From the NCBI GenBank assembly GCA_964016885.1, contig OZ024747.1:7750001-7814000 (forward strand): a stretch of DNA of 64,000 nucleotides. The letters are read 5' to 3'. Positions 46,489-60,898 of the stretch are shown here, in pieces. The stretch comes from Eledone cirrhosa (lineage: Eukaryota). Position 1 is the stretch's first letter. The number at the start of each line of letters is the position of its first letter. The notes beneath the pieces are model-generated. The model ran no database searches, was not told the origin of the DNA, and worked only from the letters and a program-made list of their open reading frames with translations. The position numbers were made by a program, and so were the translations under genes.

Positions 46489-46785
46489 GTGTAGCTTAGT
46501 GGTTAGTGTTCATAATCATAAAGTTGTAAGTTCAATTCCCATTGGTGTGTTGTACCCTTGAACAAGGTATTTCATGTTACTCGAGTCCAGTCAGTTGGCA
46601 AAAAGGAGTTGCACCTGTAAATTCAAAGAGCCAGCCCCATCACAAACTATGTCAAGCTGAATCTCCCTGAGAACTACATTAAGCACACACATCTGTGGAA
46701 TGCCCAGCCATTTGCACATTAATTTCACGAGCAGACTGGTCTGTTGAAACAGTTGCAATACCCATCGTTGGAAGGGATGGAGGGC
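46489..46785 (+). mobile_element. Diverged tRNA-derived SINE (different body)
   Basis: A box TAGCTTAGTGG, B box AGTTCAATTCC, then CCCTTGAACAAGG as in the head of the SINE at 60899. Confidence 0.65.
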
Positions 46786-47337
46786 CAATAACATTACCCT
46801 CATTTCCAGTTTAATTCTAATTTCTCAGAATGTAATTTTAATTTCTCATGGTGTAAATTCTAATTTTTCAGAGTTTAACTCTTAACACCTTGTACTGCTT
46901 GAAACTATATTAGCAAGATATCGAAAATTACAAAACAGTATTATGATTGCATTACATTAAAAATTTAGTCTTTACTCTAATACTGCACATTTTCATAAAG
47001 ATCTGTCCACTTGGAAACCTATTATATTTGAATTAACAAATTCATTTTTAGATATATTTTCTGTTAAATCATTACAATGTGTTAAGAGTTAAGTAGAGGA
47101 CTTTTTAAAATTCTAATTTTCAGTGTATGGTAATGACTAAGGTTAAGTTGTTGAAATGCTGGCATTGTTATAAGTTCAAACCACACATGAGTCATTGCTC
47201 TTCCCCTTGTCTCTGAATTGATAAACAACTTTAGTTGAAGGGATTAACATTAAAGAAATGCTACTATAGCCATTGTGCTTCTGGTCACTCAATCTGTAAG
47301 AAATAGCTAAATCTTTCATAAATCATTCCTTACCGAT

Positions 47338-47443
47338 TAGTGGATGAGGCCTGAACAAGATGGGGATAATAGTGGACGAGGCCTGAACAAGATGGGGATA
47401 ATAGTGGATGAGGCCTGAACAAGATGGGGATAATAGTGGATGA
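47338..47443. repeat. 32 bp tandem repeat, about 3.3 copies
   Basis: TAGTGGATGAGGCCTGAACAAGATGGGGATAA. Confidence 0.92.
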
Positions 47444-49695
47444 AATGTGTTAGATCGTAGGTGTGGTCAATCCTAGGTTGTTGTTGTCTCATACCTGCAT
47501 AGGTTGAACCAGTCTCTTCTGAAGTTGCATCTCCGAGGTTTCTTGAGTGTTTTAAGAGCCCCAGTCATATTGTGTAACCATTTCTCTGGTGATAGGAGGG
47601 AGGATTTAAACTGAGAATGTATAGAGCCAAAAGATACTGCAAAGCACCCTTTACGATGTTCTAATAATTCAGCCAGTCCATTACTCTGGGCTGGTACTTT
47701 ATTGTTCCTGTAGGGATGAAAAGCAAAATGTTGACCTCGCTGGATTTTGAATTCAGACACACAGGTCTGAAACAAATGCCACAAGGTATTTAATTTGATG
47801 CTCTCACAACTATGCCAGTTCACCACCTCTAGTTGAGGCTAAAAGTTCTTTAACCTCAAGCAAGCAAAACAATAACTAGAGCAAGATGCATAAACCCACC
47901 TAGTTGTCTCAGTTTACCTGACTGACACCCACTTGACTGTTTGTTAGCAAATCTGCAGCAGTAACAACAACAACAATATGCCACTGTGCAAATTTATCCA
48001 AACTAACTGTCCCAAATCATGCAAAGAACATAAAAAATCAAAAACAAAATGTAAATTTTTTGTAGAAATGCCAAAACATTGAACAAACAAAAGATGGGAA
48101 AGGAAATTTCCTTATTTTGCCAATTCTTCATTGGGTTTGGCACAGGAAGCTGGTTTGCTTGCTCAGCAACAGATTTTTGTTTGTGTTGCTTCAATTATTT
48201 TGTTGTTGAAGTTGATGACTTGAACAGAGTTTAGTTGTTTTAATGTTTAGAATGTAATGTGACACCATTTGTAAACATTATCTAATCAACATAATTAACG
48301 AGTTTGATAACCTGTGGGTGGTGGAATCCTTTATTGAAAATATTGGTCTCCATGTAGTGAAATTTAGGTTCAGTGGTGATGGTGGTGTCAGTTTTTGCCC
48401 ATATCTTTACAAGAAGCAGGTATTTGAGCTCATCACTGTGAGTTGACAAAACACATCTATAATGTTGTTGCCTGATTGCACGACCTGCTAGAAATATCAG
48501 CTAAATTCCTCTCAAATCACTCACTATTATTGCCTTACTAATAGATATATTGAATAATGTTCGGGTTATTTCAGGTTGGAGGGGACGTCATGCAATTAAA
48601 TATCAACAATAATGTTACCTGTATATGTTGGCAGCTTGTATCTACCCAGTGTTACCTATTTTATGGTTGTTTGATGTTGTTGTCATTTGGATAGAGTAGA
48701 CAACAGTAAAATGTGTTTATGAACATAACACAGCACTGGTGATACAATACAAATAGTCAACCCTTTTGGTACTGTAATGTTTTAAACCAGTGTTCTGTAA
48801 GATATGGTGTTTTATTTTATTTTTTATTTTTTTCATATCGATACTCTCTAAAACAATTAGGGGGTTGTGGATTGTCCTAAAATGTGTTTCGCAATTGTTT
48901 TTTTCCTTTGAGAATCATATAAGGGCTTCATAGGAATGTAAGTTAGGAAACCATTGCTTTAAATACATCCCTATGAGACCTTTCACTTGAAGCTAGTTTT
49001 TAACTGGCCTCTGGTGATCACTTGTCTCTTGCAAACCAAAGACGGAATCTATGCAATTGCTCGACCTATTAGAAATAGCAGCCAAATCCCTCATAATTTA
49101 CAATATGTTTTGAAAAAGGAAGGACACGGATTATGTCTTAGATAAATTGTCTGGAAAAACAAAAAACAAAAAAAAAAACTGGTCATGGTTGACATGCTTG
49201 ATCAGGGCAGTTGTAGATGTATCTGGGTGTTTAGAGGTGGACAAACACACTGACATATTTCTGTGGAAACAATGCTCTTTCCATGTTCTGATGATTTTTT
49301 TCTTTTCTTTTTTTATAAAGAATTATTACTTAAAATTTTTGAAATATTTTAATCTTAAAAAAATTTAATTTTGATCATTTTGGTTTGATTGTGTGAGGTG
49401 GTTTGATTGTATTGAATCAGTGGTGTGATGTTGTTATATTATGAGGTCATTATGAATAGGTTTTTTTTCCTCTCCTTATCAGTGGAATTCAATCCTGAAA
49501 ACAATCTTATTTTCTTAAAAATTGAATTGACAGTAATGCTGTGAAGGTAAAACTATCCTGATTTGTTTTATGGTTTGTACTGGAAGTGTGTGTGTGTTAG
49601 AATGAGATGTCTGTTTTATTGTTTAGTGTATCAAGATGTAGTAGCTTATGTAAATTATCCCCTTCTCTTTCCTGAAGCTTAACTCCATTTATATT

Positions 49696-50245
49696 CATCA
49701 TCATCATCATCGTTTAACGTCTATCTTCCAAGCTAGCATGGGTTTAGACGCGAATTGTCCCACTTGAGGCAAGATTGGTCGTCTCGCTCATATGGGACTG
49801 TCTGGCAGGTTTTCTACGGCTGGATTCCCTTCCTAACACCAACCACGTTTACAGTGTGGACTGGGAGGTTTTTACCGTGTTACCTACACGGCCACATTAC
49901 AGCGTGGATTTTTTTTTTTTTTTTTTTTTGTCATTACACCTACATGACCTCATTTATTTAGGACTGGATGTTGTGGTACCAACATAACTTTACAGAGGAG
50001 GGGGTGGGGGGTATACTTGATTAAGAGGTGCCTACTGACTGTAGGTTTCGCTTTGTACTTAGGTAAGGTGGGTTTCCTATATTACTGCGTGGCACCAAAG
50101 ATCTCGGTCCAGTGACATTGTCTTAGAGAGGTGCAAGTGTGCAAGGTCGGAATTTATCAAATCGTCCCAGGTTTTTCTGGGTCTGCCTACTCCGTAACTT
50201 CCGTCAATTTTGATCGCCCTGCACTTTTTTATACAGTTGTCGTCG
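49696..50245 (-). mobile_element. Older 3' fragment of an RTE LINE related to subfamily A
   Basis: Aligns by eye to 13503-14040 (3' UTR, CAT tail, end of ORF). Confidence 0.88.
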
Positions 50246-53159
50246 TGAATTTAATGGTGATACAGCTTCTCTTGGATAGTATGTTTGTCCCTTACAGCTG
50301 ATTAGATAGTTCATCTCTTTGAGAATAGCTGAGGTGAGGCCACATAGAAATTAGCATTCTGTTTCACAAAACACAAAATGCCCACAGCAGCTAATTTGAA
50401 CTCTCAACCTACATACAGGTGATCTAGTAGTTTAACCACTTCACCATCTTGTCTCTGTGTGATGTGATTAGTTTTTGCATGGATAAATAACCCTTTTAGG
50501 AAAGGCATAAACATTATAATTTCCCTACATTTTCTTTTATGTTGTTGTTTAGCCCCAAGGTAACTCTAATCAAGCAGACTTATGATCAAAGAATGTCCAA
50601 TTTAAGAAATTTGGCTACTATTTCTAGCAGATCAAATGACCATATAGAAGCTCCACTGCTGAGTTTTCCTTTTCCTAAGGTGTCACAAAGCAGCAGCTAA
50701 GTGAAAATTAGAATAAGTTAGTTCAGAATGATTCCATAAAAGATCTATTTTGTACTTAAAGCAGTGTTGTTCATGCATCAGTGGTGTTATAATGAATGCT
50801 ATCCTGAATTTTAACTTTTGCTGACAATTTTCTTTTTTTTTTGTTTTCTTTCCTTCCGCTACACCACTCCCCTTTCAATCTGTTTCTACATGCAGCATTG
50901 TGCCATTTACACCCACTATTTTATTCAAACATGCTTTGGGTTTTGTTGTTTGCACAATTTTATTCTAGACATGGAATACAGCTGTTTTAAATTTAACCCC
51001 TTTTGACAACAACCCATATGAAACGTCCTCTGGTTGTTTGATACAAAACTACCTGCTTTGAAGTGTTCATATTTAAATTAAAACCGTTCATGGTGATTTT
51101 ATGTAAGAACCTATTATGGAGTTACAAACATCAACAAAATAATGGGAAAGTTAAGAGTTATGGTTTGCTTGAAGCATTGTTAGTGTATAGTGTTATTCAA
51201 TAGCTACAACAATGCAAAATGGATGATAGATTTTGGAAAAAATTAAAATAGTAATAATGAAAATTGTGTACAGTGCTCAGGTGCACTACATTTCATCAAA
51301 GGTGCATGTATAGTACATAGAATAATGTACAAATGTCAGGAAAGTGAAGTGTATGAGTCATGATATACATACATACATGCATGTCAACGAAGATGTGTGT
51401 CCATGAAGGTTTAACCCTTTAGCCATATATGGCCAAAATTCTCTCACCTGTTTCTGTTCAAACTGGCCGTAACCAGCCACTGTTACTGATAAGGTATTGT
51501 TCTCAAAATATATATCAAAATCTCATAGATTCGATATTATGTGCCTTTACTATGAAAATATAATAGTAAATATAGAGTAATGTAGCTAAAGGGTTATGGT
51601 TGTATTTTAGTTGTTAACTCATTCAAGTCTGTTTCTCACAGTAGTACATACTCACTGCCTATACTTTTAATACATTTTCAAAAGAGAGGATTTAGAATAA
51701 GGTTCATAGATACATAGCTTCACGTATTAGTTGTGGTTATAATTTAGCCTCATAAGTCGACCCTCATTGAGCAGAACTATGATCAAAAGCATTCCAGTTG
51801 TGACCATCCTCTTCTTTTTATTTCCATATAGTGTTTAATATTTCGCTATCCAATGTTTTCTTTTTTAAGATGGTGGGATGTAATTTGAGGGAGGTTTGTA
51901 CCAGGTTGAGTTAACTCCTTTGTTAGCTTCTTTATCAATTTAACTCTTGGTCAACCTTCATCAAATAGACTTATGATAAAAAAACATTCCAGCTATGATC
52001 ATCCCATCTTTTTATGGAAATGCTGGGCTGTGTCTGTCTTTATGATAGTAAAGTGTGATTTGATAGAAAATTAGCTGCAGCTTGAGTGACTTGACCGAGG
52101 CTTTTGAAAACAACTTGACAGATATGAAGCTACCATCACTCCCTCCACAGTGCCTTTTCTATCATATTCTCTCTTATTTCACTCTCTCTCATTAACTTGC
52201 TGTACTGTTGAGGTTACAATGATCTCTCTAGTGTTGGTGCCACAAAACAATGTGCCCAGAACTGTGTAAAGTGATAGGGCATAAAGCATAGTCCCCTCCC
52301 CCTACTTGTCTAATCTTGCACCGTGGCAACCCATGCAAGCATGCAAAGTGGATGTAAAATGCACGCATACATATACACATGGACAGACAGGTATACATGC
52401 ATACACAAATGCACTCATGAACCTGTTCGTTTCAATTTGTTTTGATTAATGTAAAACAGGTTGCACACCCTACTTCATGGTTGAGTGATTTGATGAAGGA
52501 AGGTTTATTGAGCTGTAAATTAAACACAGCTCATTCATTTAAACGGGGAATAAATGGGAAAAACAAACAAAACTTTACATATTTTTGTTTTGCTAGTAGT
52601 CTGTTAATTATCAGTCTATTTTGTGTTATTGATATTCCATTCAACAGTATCCTAAATTTGTTCTACCACTTAGATTATTAATCTCCATAATAAAATGTGG
52701 CCAGGTGTGGTTGTGAAGTTAACAATTTGGCTCGGTTTGATATCATTGCAGTACTTTGAGTAAGCCTTAATCCATAGCCTTGCTGTCCAATGATTTGGTA
52801 ATCGGGGACTGGAAGCATGTTGTGTGTATGTGTTTAGGTTTATTAGTGTAAATACCTTAATAATAAAGTTCCTAATGGGAGTTAATTCTCTAAAGGAAGG
52901 TAACTCAGGTGAACATTACTGTTTGCTAGAAAATCAAACTAAACACTGGGGTCATTATAATTTATTTTTGAAGGTTGTGCTGCACTATTGCCACAGTCTG
53001 AAATTGAAACCTGTAAAAGAATGAAATAATTGCTCTGGAGGAAAAAAATGGTTATGCTCAAACAATATAAAAATCTAAGCAAGAACTTAGCAAGTATGAA
53101 GTTTAGAAGTTTGCTTTGCAACCATCTGGTTCAATTTAATAGCATGGCATAGTACTTTG

Positions 53160-53230
53160 GGCAAGTATGTCACACCATAGCCTCATGTTGTCCTTAAGTC
53201 AACATGAGGCTATGGAGTGAGACACTTGCC
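53160..53230. repeat. Imperfect palindrome
   Basis: GGCAAGT..CCATAGCCTCATGTTG-tccttaagt-CAACATGAGGCTATGG..ACTTGCC. Confidence 0.85.
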
Positions 53231-53503
53231 TCAGTGTGTGTGTGTAAGTTGGTACAGGCATTACCAATTACTTTGATTGAACCAAAACCCTCATGATTAC
53301 TGTCTTCCCAAACCTTAGTGAAATTAGGTTGACGAAAACTGGCATTGGCCCTGGAAATCTAATTCTGTGTGCTCACTCAATGGGCTAGCTAAGGAAGAAG
53401 CTTTTACATGGTTGCTCATCTTAGAAATAGGAGCCAAATCTCACATCACACCTAATCTTTAATATTAATAATAATAATTGTTTCTACTTTTGGCACAAGG
53501 CCA

Positions 53504-53537
<34 letters not shown>

Positions 53538-54560
53538 TCCAACATATTGGGTAATATGTCATAGATATTTAGAAACACAGGTACACTATACATATGTGTA
53601 TATCTTGGTATATAATACATGTTTTTGGTTGGTAATGGAAATTGTTCTGTGTACATGGCTATTAAGATAGATGTGTGTACGTGTATATTTATGTAGACAA
53701 AGAAAATCAAAGTGAATAATTGAGACCTTAGCAGGAAGGAGAAGGAAGAGATAGTAAATGATGGAAATTACAGTTGACCTATCCCCAAACTTCTGGTAAT
53801 GATTTTTCATCATATGAGACCCAAAGATGAGTGGGTGGTGACTGCGAGATAGAGAATAACTCTGGGATTCAAGAATCTTCAGACAGAATGTAACCAAAGA
53901 ATTATTTGTACTACACACACCATTAATTTTGACTGGTATTAAACTGTGTGTGTGTGTGCGCGTACGAGAGAACAGGCTAAATTTGTACAAAACGAATAAA
54001 AATTGTTGGGGAAGACAGTGGAAAAATGGATGAAACACAGTCGCCTCTCAACAGTTGATTGCTAGAGATATGTTGTTTCAGTGCTTTAAGATTGATACAA
54101 TTGGCTCCAGTGCACACCAGGCAGTAACAAATGGACATAAAACAAAACAATTGGTCTTTCGACTATTTACAAATAAGATATATGCTACAGACCAATGTGC
54201 TGCAACTGAAAAGAAGAGATAGCCGAGGCCCAACATGTTGATTAGCCAAGAAGAGAAAGGTGGTGGAAGTGATAGAGAATATACAAGCATAAAAAAATGT
54301 TTTCCTCTAAAAAATATGGATGAAGGTAATTGGAAAATGAATGAAACAGTCCCCTCTCATCTGGAGACATGTTGTTTTGGTGCCAAGTGGTGTTAGAAAC
54401 CAGGAAAGGACTAGCAGTGATTTTGCGACAATTGCTGACTCACCAATGAGAGGGTGTTATGATTAAAGGTTAAAACATCCAATGAAAGGTGGACAGCGTC
54501 TGATATCAACACCAAGCCATGTTCACCAAAGGCATTTTCTTTAAGATGCGCGCGCGCGCG

Positions 54561-55909
54561 AATTTAGCGTACAGGTTGGTGTCCACCAGGGCTCTGTTCT
54601 TAGCCCTCTCCTGTTCATCATTGTCCTGCAGGCAATAACGGAGTAGTTTAAGACCGGATGCCCAAGGGAACTCTTGTATGCTGATGACCTCGCACTTATA
54701 GCTGAATCTATGGTAGAACTAGAGAAGAAATTCCAAACTTGGAAGCAGGGACTAGAAAGAAAGGGCCTCAAAGTCAACATGACAAAGACTAAGGTTCTCG
54801 TAAGTAGACGAGAAAACAGAACCCAGATTCCCTCAGGGAAATGGCTTGCTCAGTATGTAGGAAATGTGTAGGTAGGAACTCCATTCTCTGCCCCAAATGC
54901 AAACAATGGGTACACAAGAGATGTAGCGGGATCTCAGGAAGCTTAATTAAGAATGTAGGCTTCACATGCAGCAGCTGTGCTGGGACAGCAAGCAGCAAAC
55001 AGCCACAGGAAACAAGTACCACCAATCTCTGGGAGGCCTCTGTAGAAACAGTAGACAGCTTCTGCTACCTAGGTGCAGAATTAGCAGCGGAGGTGGGTGT
55101 TCAGAAAGTACAATAACTAGGGTAAGAACGGGATGGAAGAAGTTCAGGGAACTACTGCCACTGCTAGCTGCAAAAGGCTTCTCCCTCAAAATGAAAGGCA
55201 GACTGTATGATGCGTGTATCCGAACAGCAATGTTACATGGTAGTGATACCTGGGTGCTGAAGGTGGAAGACTTGCATAGATTAGAAAGAAACGAAGCCTG
55301 CATGCTCCGATGGATGTGTAATAGTAATATACGCGAACGACAAAGCATAAAGGAATTGAGAGACTGAGCATAAGAGGAATCAAATGCTGTGTGTAGGAGA
55401 GGCGGTTGCGTTCGTTGGTATGGACATGTGATGCGTATGAAGGATGACAGCTGCATAAAAAGGTACAGAGCACTAGAAGTCAATGGAAACCGCGGAGTGG
55501 GGTGACCCAAGAAGACCTGGGATGAGGTGATAAAAGCCGACCTTACCCAATTACACCTCTCAAAGGCGATGGCACACGATCGTGACCTCTGGCGTCACGC
55601 AGTAATACAGAATACCCGACCTCCCATGGGTACAAGCTGAAGCATATAGACAATATACCCTCACACCCTCCCACTGCAAGGTGGCCGTGGAGGTGCCACG
55701 GCAAAAAAGCACCCAGCCCACACTGTAAAGTGGACGCGTAGGCGCCACGGAAAAAGCACCCAGCACTCACTGTAAATGAGGTTGGTGTTAGGAAGGGCAT
55801 CCAGCTGTATGAGCAAGGCATGGCCAGCCGACCAGACACTGCCCACAACAGGACAACTCGTCTAACCCATGCTAGCATGGAAGAACGGACGTAAAACGGT
55901 GATGATGAT
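54561..55909 (+). mobile_element. 5'-truncated, mutated RTE LINE, subfamily B
   Basis: [17 protein letters not shown] and the C4HC3 insert, with several stops and frameshifts; 3' UTR and GAT tail. Preceded by (GC)n and followed by a CA-rich array. Confidence 0.94.
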
Positions 55910-56458
55910 ACATATGTACATACACATACATATGTACACACACACATAAATACACACACACATAAATACACACACACATAAATACACACACACATAAATA
56001 CACACACATAAATACACACACACATAAATACACACACACATAAATACACACACACATAAATACACACACATAAATACACACACACATAAATACACACACA
56101 CGTAAATACACACACACATAAATACACACACACATAAATACACACACATATAATCACACACACATATAATCACACACACATATAATCACACACACACACA
56201 TAATCACACACACACACACATAATCACACACACACATATAATCACACACACACATATAAACACACACACATATAAACACACACACATATAAACACACACA
56301 CACATAAACACACACACACATAAACACACACACACACATAAACACACACACACACATAAACACACACACACACATAAACACACACACACACATAAACACA
56401 CACATAAATGCATACACATATAAATACACACACACACACACATAAATACTTACACATA
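55910..56458. repeat. CA-rich compound microsatellite (ATAAAT(AC)n units)
   Basis: Direct inspection. Confidence 0.95.
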
Positions 56459-57724
56459 TAAGGTGTTTTTTTAAGGATATAGGATGAAATGTGATAGAAA
56501 GTTAAATCATCAGAACTAACAGGAAAAGGGAATCATGTATTTCCTTTATACTCCTTAATAACTATGAACGTACAGTTGTTTGACTTGCTAGAAATAGCAA
56601 CACAATTTCCATGAAATTATATCTTTTTGTCATAAAAAAATATGTGCATTAGATGATGTAATCAGACAATATCTGAAAATGTCTAATCTTTGGCTGACTT
56701 ACATTGAAATAAAAGATATTTCTATGTGACACCTCCAAATGACCGTTCAGTTTTCACTTGCTGCTGCTGCTGTTGCATTCAGTCCCAGAGAATATTTAGT
56801 GTTTTCCTGTGAGTCACCAGTGTTGTTTGTTGTTAAGCCAGTCAGTCATGTCATGGCTGAGAGAGACTCTTCAATTGAGGTTTGTTTACAATAATTATCT
56901 TAGGTTGTGTCTGTGTGTCCATGTTTTTCATTTAATTTTTCTTTCCAACCTTCCTCGCTTCAAAATTTGATTTTTATCTGGAGAAATCAAAACATAAGAA
57001 ACAAAAAACCGCAGATATTGATATTTTGGGGGAATGTTTGAGTTTGTAATGAAACGTTTGTGTATCATCATCATTATTTAACGTTCACTTTCCACGCTAG
57101 CATGGATTAGACTGTATCGTGTATGTCTATACATAACTTGTGGCTGCACACTCTTTTTTCATGGTATATGTATTTCTTGGGTTACACAAACACCAGTTTA
57201 TTGATGTTTTCATTATCACTTTAATATATCTTATTGTTATACACCAAGCTCTACCATATATATCATCAGTCATTATCACCATTTAACAACCTTTTCCCCA
57301 TGCTAGCAGAGATCTAACAAAAGGGCCTTCTATCTTCACTGTTATACAGGTTACCATTCAATTCTTTTAAAAGTACAAGTTATTTTTTATCCTTAGATCC
57401 AGCAGTCTTATGATCAAGGCATTCTGGCTGTAATTCATTTTTTAAAGTATATTTTAGACTACCTTAAACAAAAAAAAGTTATTTTCTTAGATTGTGGGGT
57501 GATTTAACCATTTCTTTACCACATTACTTATGATTTTCAACTAATTTTTAAAATAACCAAAAATTCAAAAGGTTTTAGTAATTAATACAACTGTCTTATT
57601 AAACTGGAATTTGGAACATAAAGGTCTTTCATAAAATTATGATGGAAGGATTTTAGGTAAATAGTAAGGTTACTGATGTTATATTTAAATCTATATTAGA
57701 TGTACATGAAATTACAATCTCCTT

Positions 57725-58314
57725 CAAAATACGACCTTTGGGAAGTCGCACAGTGGTTCTAACGTTTTTTCTCTATGCCATTTTGTCTCTGGATTGTACT
57801 TCAACACGCACGATTCATTACAAAATTTGGCTAAATTTCGAGTCTTTCTAGCAAATCCTGACAAATTTCCAACCAGTTTACTTCCACAGAAAAATGTTTT
57901 GCACAAAGTTTTCACATATGCAAATGGTCTGTTAAAATTCTGTGAACTGCATTTTTATCCAAGCCCATTTCTTCTGCAGTCATCCTAAAATTTAATCAGC
58001 GATCTTTCACCATCACCACTTGCACCTCTTCTATATTTGGTTCATTTGTCGACGAGATTTGCCTTCCAGAACAATGTTCATTAACATTTTCTCAGCCCTC
58101 TTTGAAAGCTTTGTGCCACTCAAAACCCTTACTTCTTGATACAGTAGCATCTCCATAATTGTGTGTTAAAGATTTGAGTTTCACTCAATTGATCATGTTG
58201 AAACATGTAATGCAGCCAGGGTCATAACCAACAATTCTATATACATCGAGGTGCTGCATTACCATGTCATACATAGGAAAATCAGTAACCCTTACTTTTG
58301 GGACAAACCTCATA
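57725..58314 (-). mobile_element. Degenerate mariner transposon 5' half
   Basis: TIR-like TATGAGGTTTGTCCCAAAAGTAAGG at the right end. Minus-strand translation gives RVFEWHKAFKEG*ENV..SGRQISSTNEPNIEEV..DR*L and ESCVLKYNPETK (YDPETK-like). Confidence 0.8.
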
Positions 58315-58595
58315 TAAAGATTTTAAAACAAATGATTTTGTATTTTATAACCAGATGGTGTTCCAGGTGGTTTAGTATAAAAAAGGTCAATATTTGCCTA
58401 GTTCCAATAGGTCAAGTAATCTTGTAGTGCCCCCACTATTGACACAAAGTATCAGTAATATCAAGCTTTAGATACAATCAACTCACTTTATTTCCTTATT
58501 TAAAAATTGTCCGTGAAACTAATGAAAAAACAAAAACAAAAAACAAATCAATATCATAATGTAATGCTTTAATTTTCCTTCTGTTCTTTCAACAG

Positions 58596-58824
58596 GTTGA
58601 AAGTGCTGCAAATGTTGAAAGTATTTCCAAGAAAACACAAGAGCCCTCCTCGCAATACTTAAAAGACCGTGATATCTGTTTGGCATACTTTGAACAGTGG
58701 TGTGAACATGACCAGGTGGAATTTGTACAGCTACTCTGTTCCCGCATGTGTCATTATCAACATGGTCAGATCAACACATTCCTTAAACCTATGTTGCAGA
58801 GAGATTTTATTTCGGCCTTACCTG
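58596..58824 (+). CDS. BTRC: beta-TrCP/Slimb (FBXW1/FBXW11 family) exon: dimerisation (D) domain
   Basis: Acceptor TTCTTTCAACAG|, donor G|GTCAGT. Encodes [76 protein letters not shown], matching the beta-TrCP D-domain signature [20 protein letters not shown]. Confidence 0.95.
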
Positions 58825-59291
58825 GTCAGTATTTCATTTTCAGATGGAAATATCCATCTGGGGATTTATTATTTTTGTTCAAAATCTTTTTTAAATTTTT
58901 GATAAGGATTTCTCTGAGGGTTCTTTATTTTATTTTCAGTTCGGATTTTTTGTTCACCTTTTAACTACATTAAACATTTGTAGTTTTTGTTATCACTAAT
59001 CTTTAAGGTCTTTACCTCAATATATCAAATCTATCATTTATTTACCACTGCACATGCATTTTGGCCATTGAGTACCCAAACTTCTGATTGGATATTGGAT
59101 ATTTCCAATGTTGGGGAATATACTTGATTTGTAACAAGTTGCCTTTGCAGCATATCTCCTTCCTAGTATTAAATGTAGTGGTAGGAATCACTTTAAAAAA
59201 AAAAAATTTATTTTTAGTGATTTGAGTATTTTTGAGCTTTCTTTTATAATACATGTGAGCACTTATGATTGTTACACTTGCAAATTTCAAT

Positions 59292-59348
59292 AATGCCTCA
59301 GAGGACCTCAGGGTACCTCATGGACTGATTTCTGTCCTCTGAGGCATT
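59292..59348. repeat. Intronic inverted repeat (15 bp perfect arms)
   Basis: AATGCCTCAGAGGAC...GTCCTCTGAGGCATT. Confidence 0.85.
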
Positions 59349-59733
59349 TTTGCTCACTGCTGTCTTTGACAGCATTTGGTGGTTTTAGCGGTGGGTTTTC
59401 TCCTTTAATTTGTATATAAAGATAAATATTTTTAAATGATTTAATACTGAATAACTGACAGAAATAAAGATGATAATAATTAAGGCTGTAGTGCTTTCAA
59501 TCATAGGTCTACTCAATCATGTCTGACCTGGGCTAAACAACAACAACATGGATGCATTGTTTTGCCTTTACAGACTTCCCTACATAATTCCTATTTCTGA
59601 ATTTGATTTGATCTAATTAGAGCTATGACGATTGTATTTCTATGGGGCTTTTTTAGTTTCCTTTTTGAGCCTACTCTGTACCACCCTAAAGAAACATTGT
59701 TTCTTATGTGCTGTGCTTGTATTTGTTGTTTAG

Positions 59734-59920
59734 GCAAAGGACTCGACCACATAGCAGAAAACATTCTCACATATTTGGATGCTAAGAGTTTATGTTCAGC
59801 AGAACTTGTCTGTAAAGAATGGTACCGAGTTATATCAGAAGGTATGCTATGGAAGAAATTAATTGAAAGAATGGTACGGACAGACACACTGTGGAGAGGC
59901 TTGGCTGAAAGACGAGGCTG
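59734..59920 (+). CDS. BTRC: beta-TrCP/Slimb exon: F-box
   Basis: Acceptor TTGTTTAG|GC (phase 1), donor TG|GTGAGT (phase 2). Encodes (G)[61 protein letters not shown](W). Confidence 0.97.
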
Positions 59921-60327
59921 GTGAGTAAACCATCTTTTCATATCTTTGTAATCTATTTTTTTCTATCTCTAGGAAATTTTCCCCAATCATTTCTTTTTTT
60001 ACTTGACTTTTTCTCTCTGTGGTTAGTAGTGTGTGTGTACACACATAGTCACTCCATCACCCCCCTCTCTCTCTCCCTCCTGCTTTCTCTCTGGTTGACT
60101 GGCTCCCTGATTTCCCACCTATCTCTAGTCAGCTGACATCTTTCTGTCCCCTTCTCTTATAAACTTCACTCTCTATCTTTCATAACTTCATTCTCTCTCT
60201 CTTCCATATCCCCTTATTCTCTAGCATGATTGCTCCCATGGCCCTATCTATGCCTACTTCTTCCCTAGCCTCCACCTTCTCTCTTCTGTTTCCCTATATA
60301 CTCATCATTTCCTTCCATGTGTTTCAG

Positions 60328-60421
60328 GGGCCAATACTTATTTAGACCAAAATACTGTGAAGCACCAAAAGACCACAAATTCTACAGATTATTGTATCCA
60401 CAGATAATTGAAGATATAGAG
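60328..60421 (+). CDS. BTRC: beta-TrCP/Slimb exon: F-box to WD40 linker
   Basis: Acceptor GTTTCAG|G, donor GAG|GTGAGT. Encodes GQYLFRPKYCEAPKDHKFYRLLYPQIIEDIE, in phase with the previous exon. No WD40 exons were found in the window. Confidence 0.93.
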
Positions 60422-60898
60422 GTGAGTGTGACATATTTCGTTGTTTGATTAAACATAATACATCTTATCTCCATTAAAAAAAAAATCCTATTTTGTTAAC
60501 TTAAGACCCCCCCCCCCCCCTAATCATGATGCTATTATCAGCCATACAGTTGTAGGGGTATGATGCTACAGAAGTCAAATTGTACCATAGACTGGTACCA
60601 TAGTTCAGTGCTACAGGGAATCTGGGTTCAAATTCTGCAGGTCATGGTTATTTTAATTTTTTGGTCCTTTTTCATTGTTGTTTGAGTAAGGAATCAATAT
60701 CTGTAATATATTGGGAGATTCTATTAACTTAGATGGATGAAAGGCATAATAAACTTACATGGTTAATAAGTTTTTATCAGCCAAGTAATAAAGCAGGCAG
60801 CTCCATTGGTCATAAAACTGGAACACTCATTGCCGGAACTGATAGGAAACCAACACGCTCACATGCGCGAACGATGTATTAATATGAACCATCATGTA

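Noticed and set aside
58680-59924. ORF-track starts and ends around the beta-TrCP exons
   Set aside because: The ORFs run into introns; the true limits are set by splice sites and phase.
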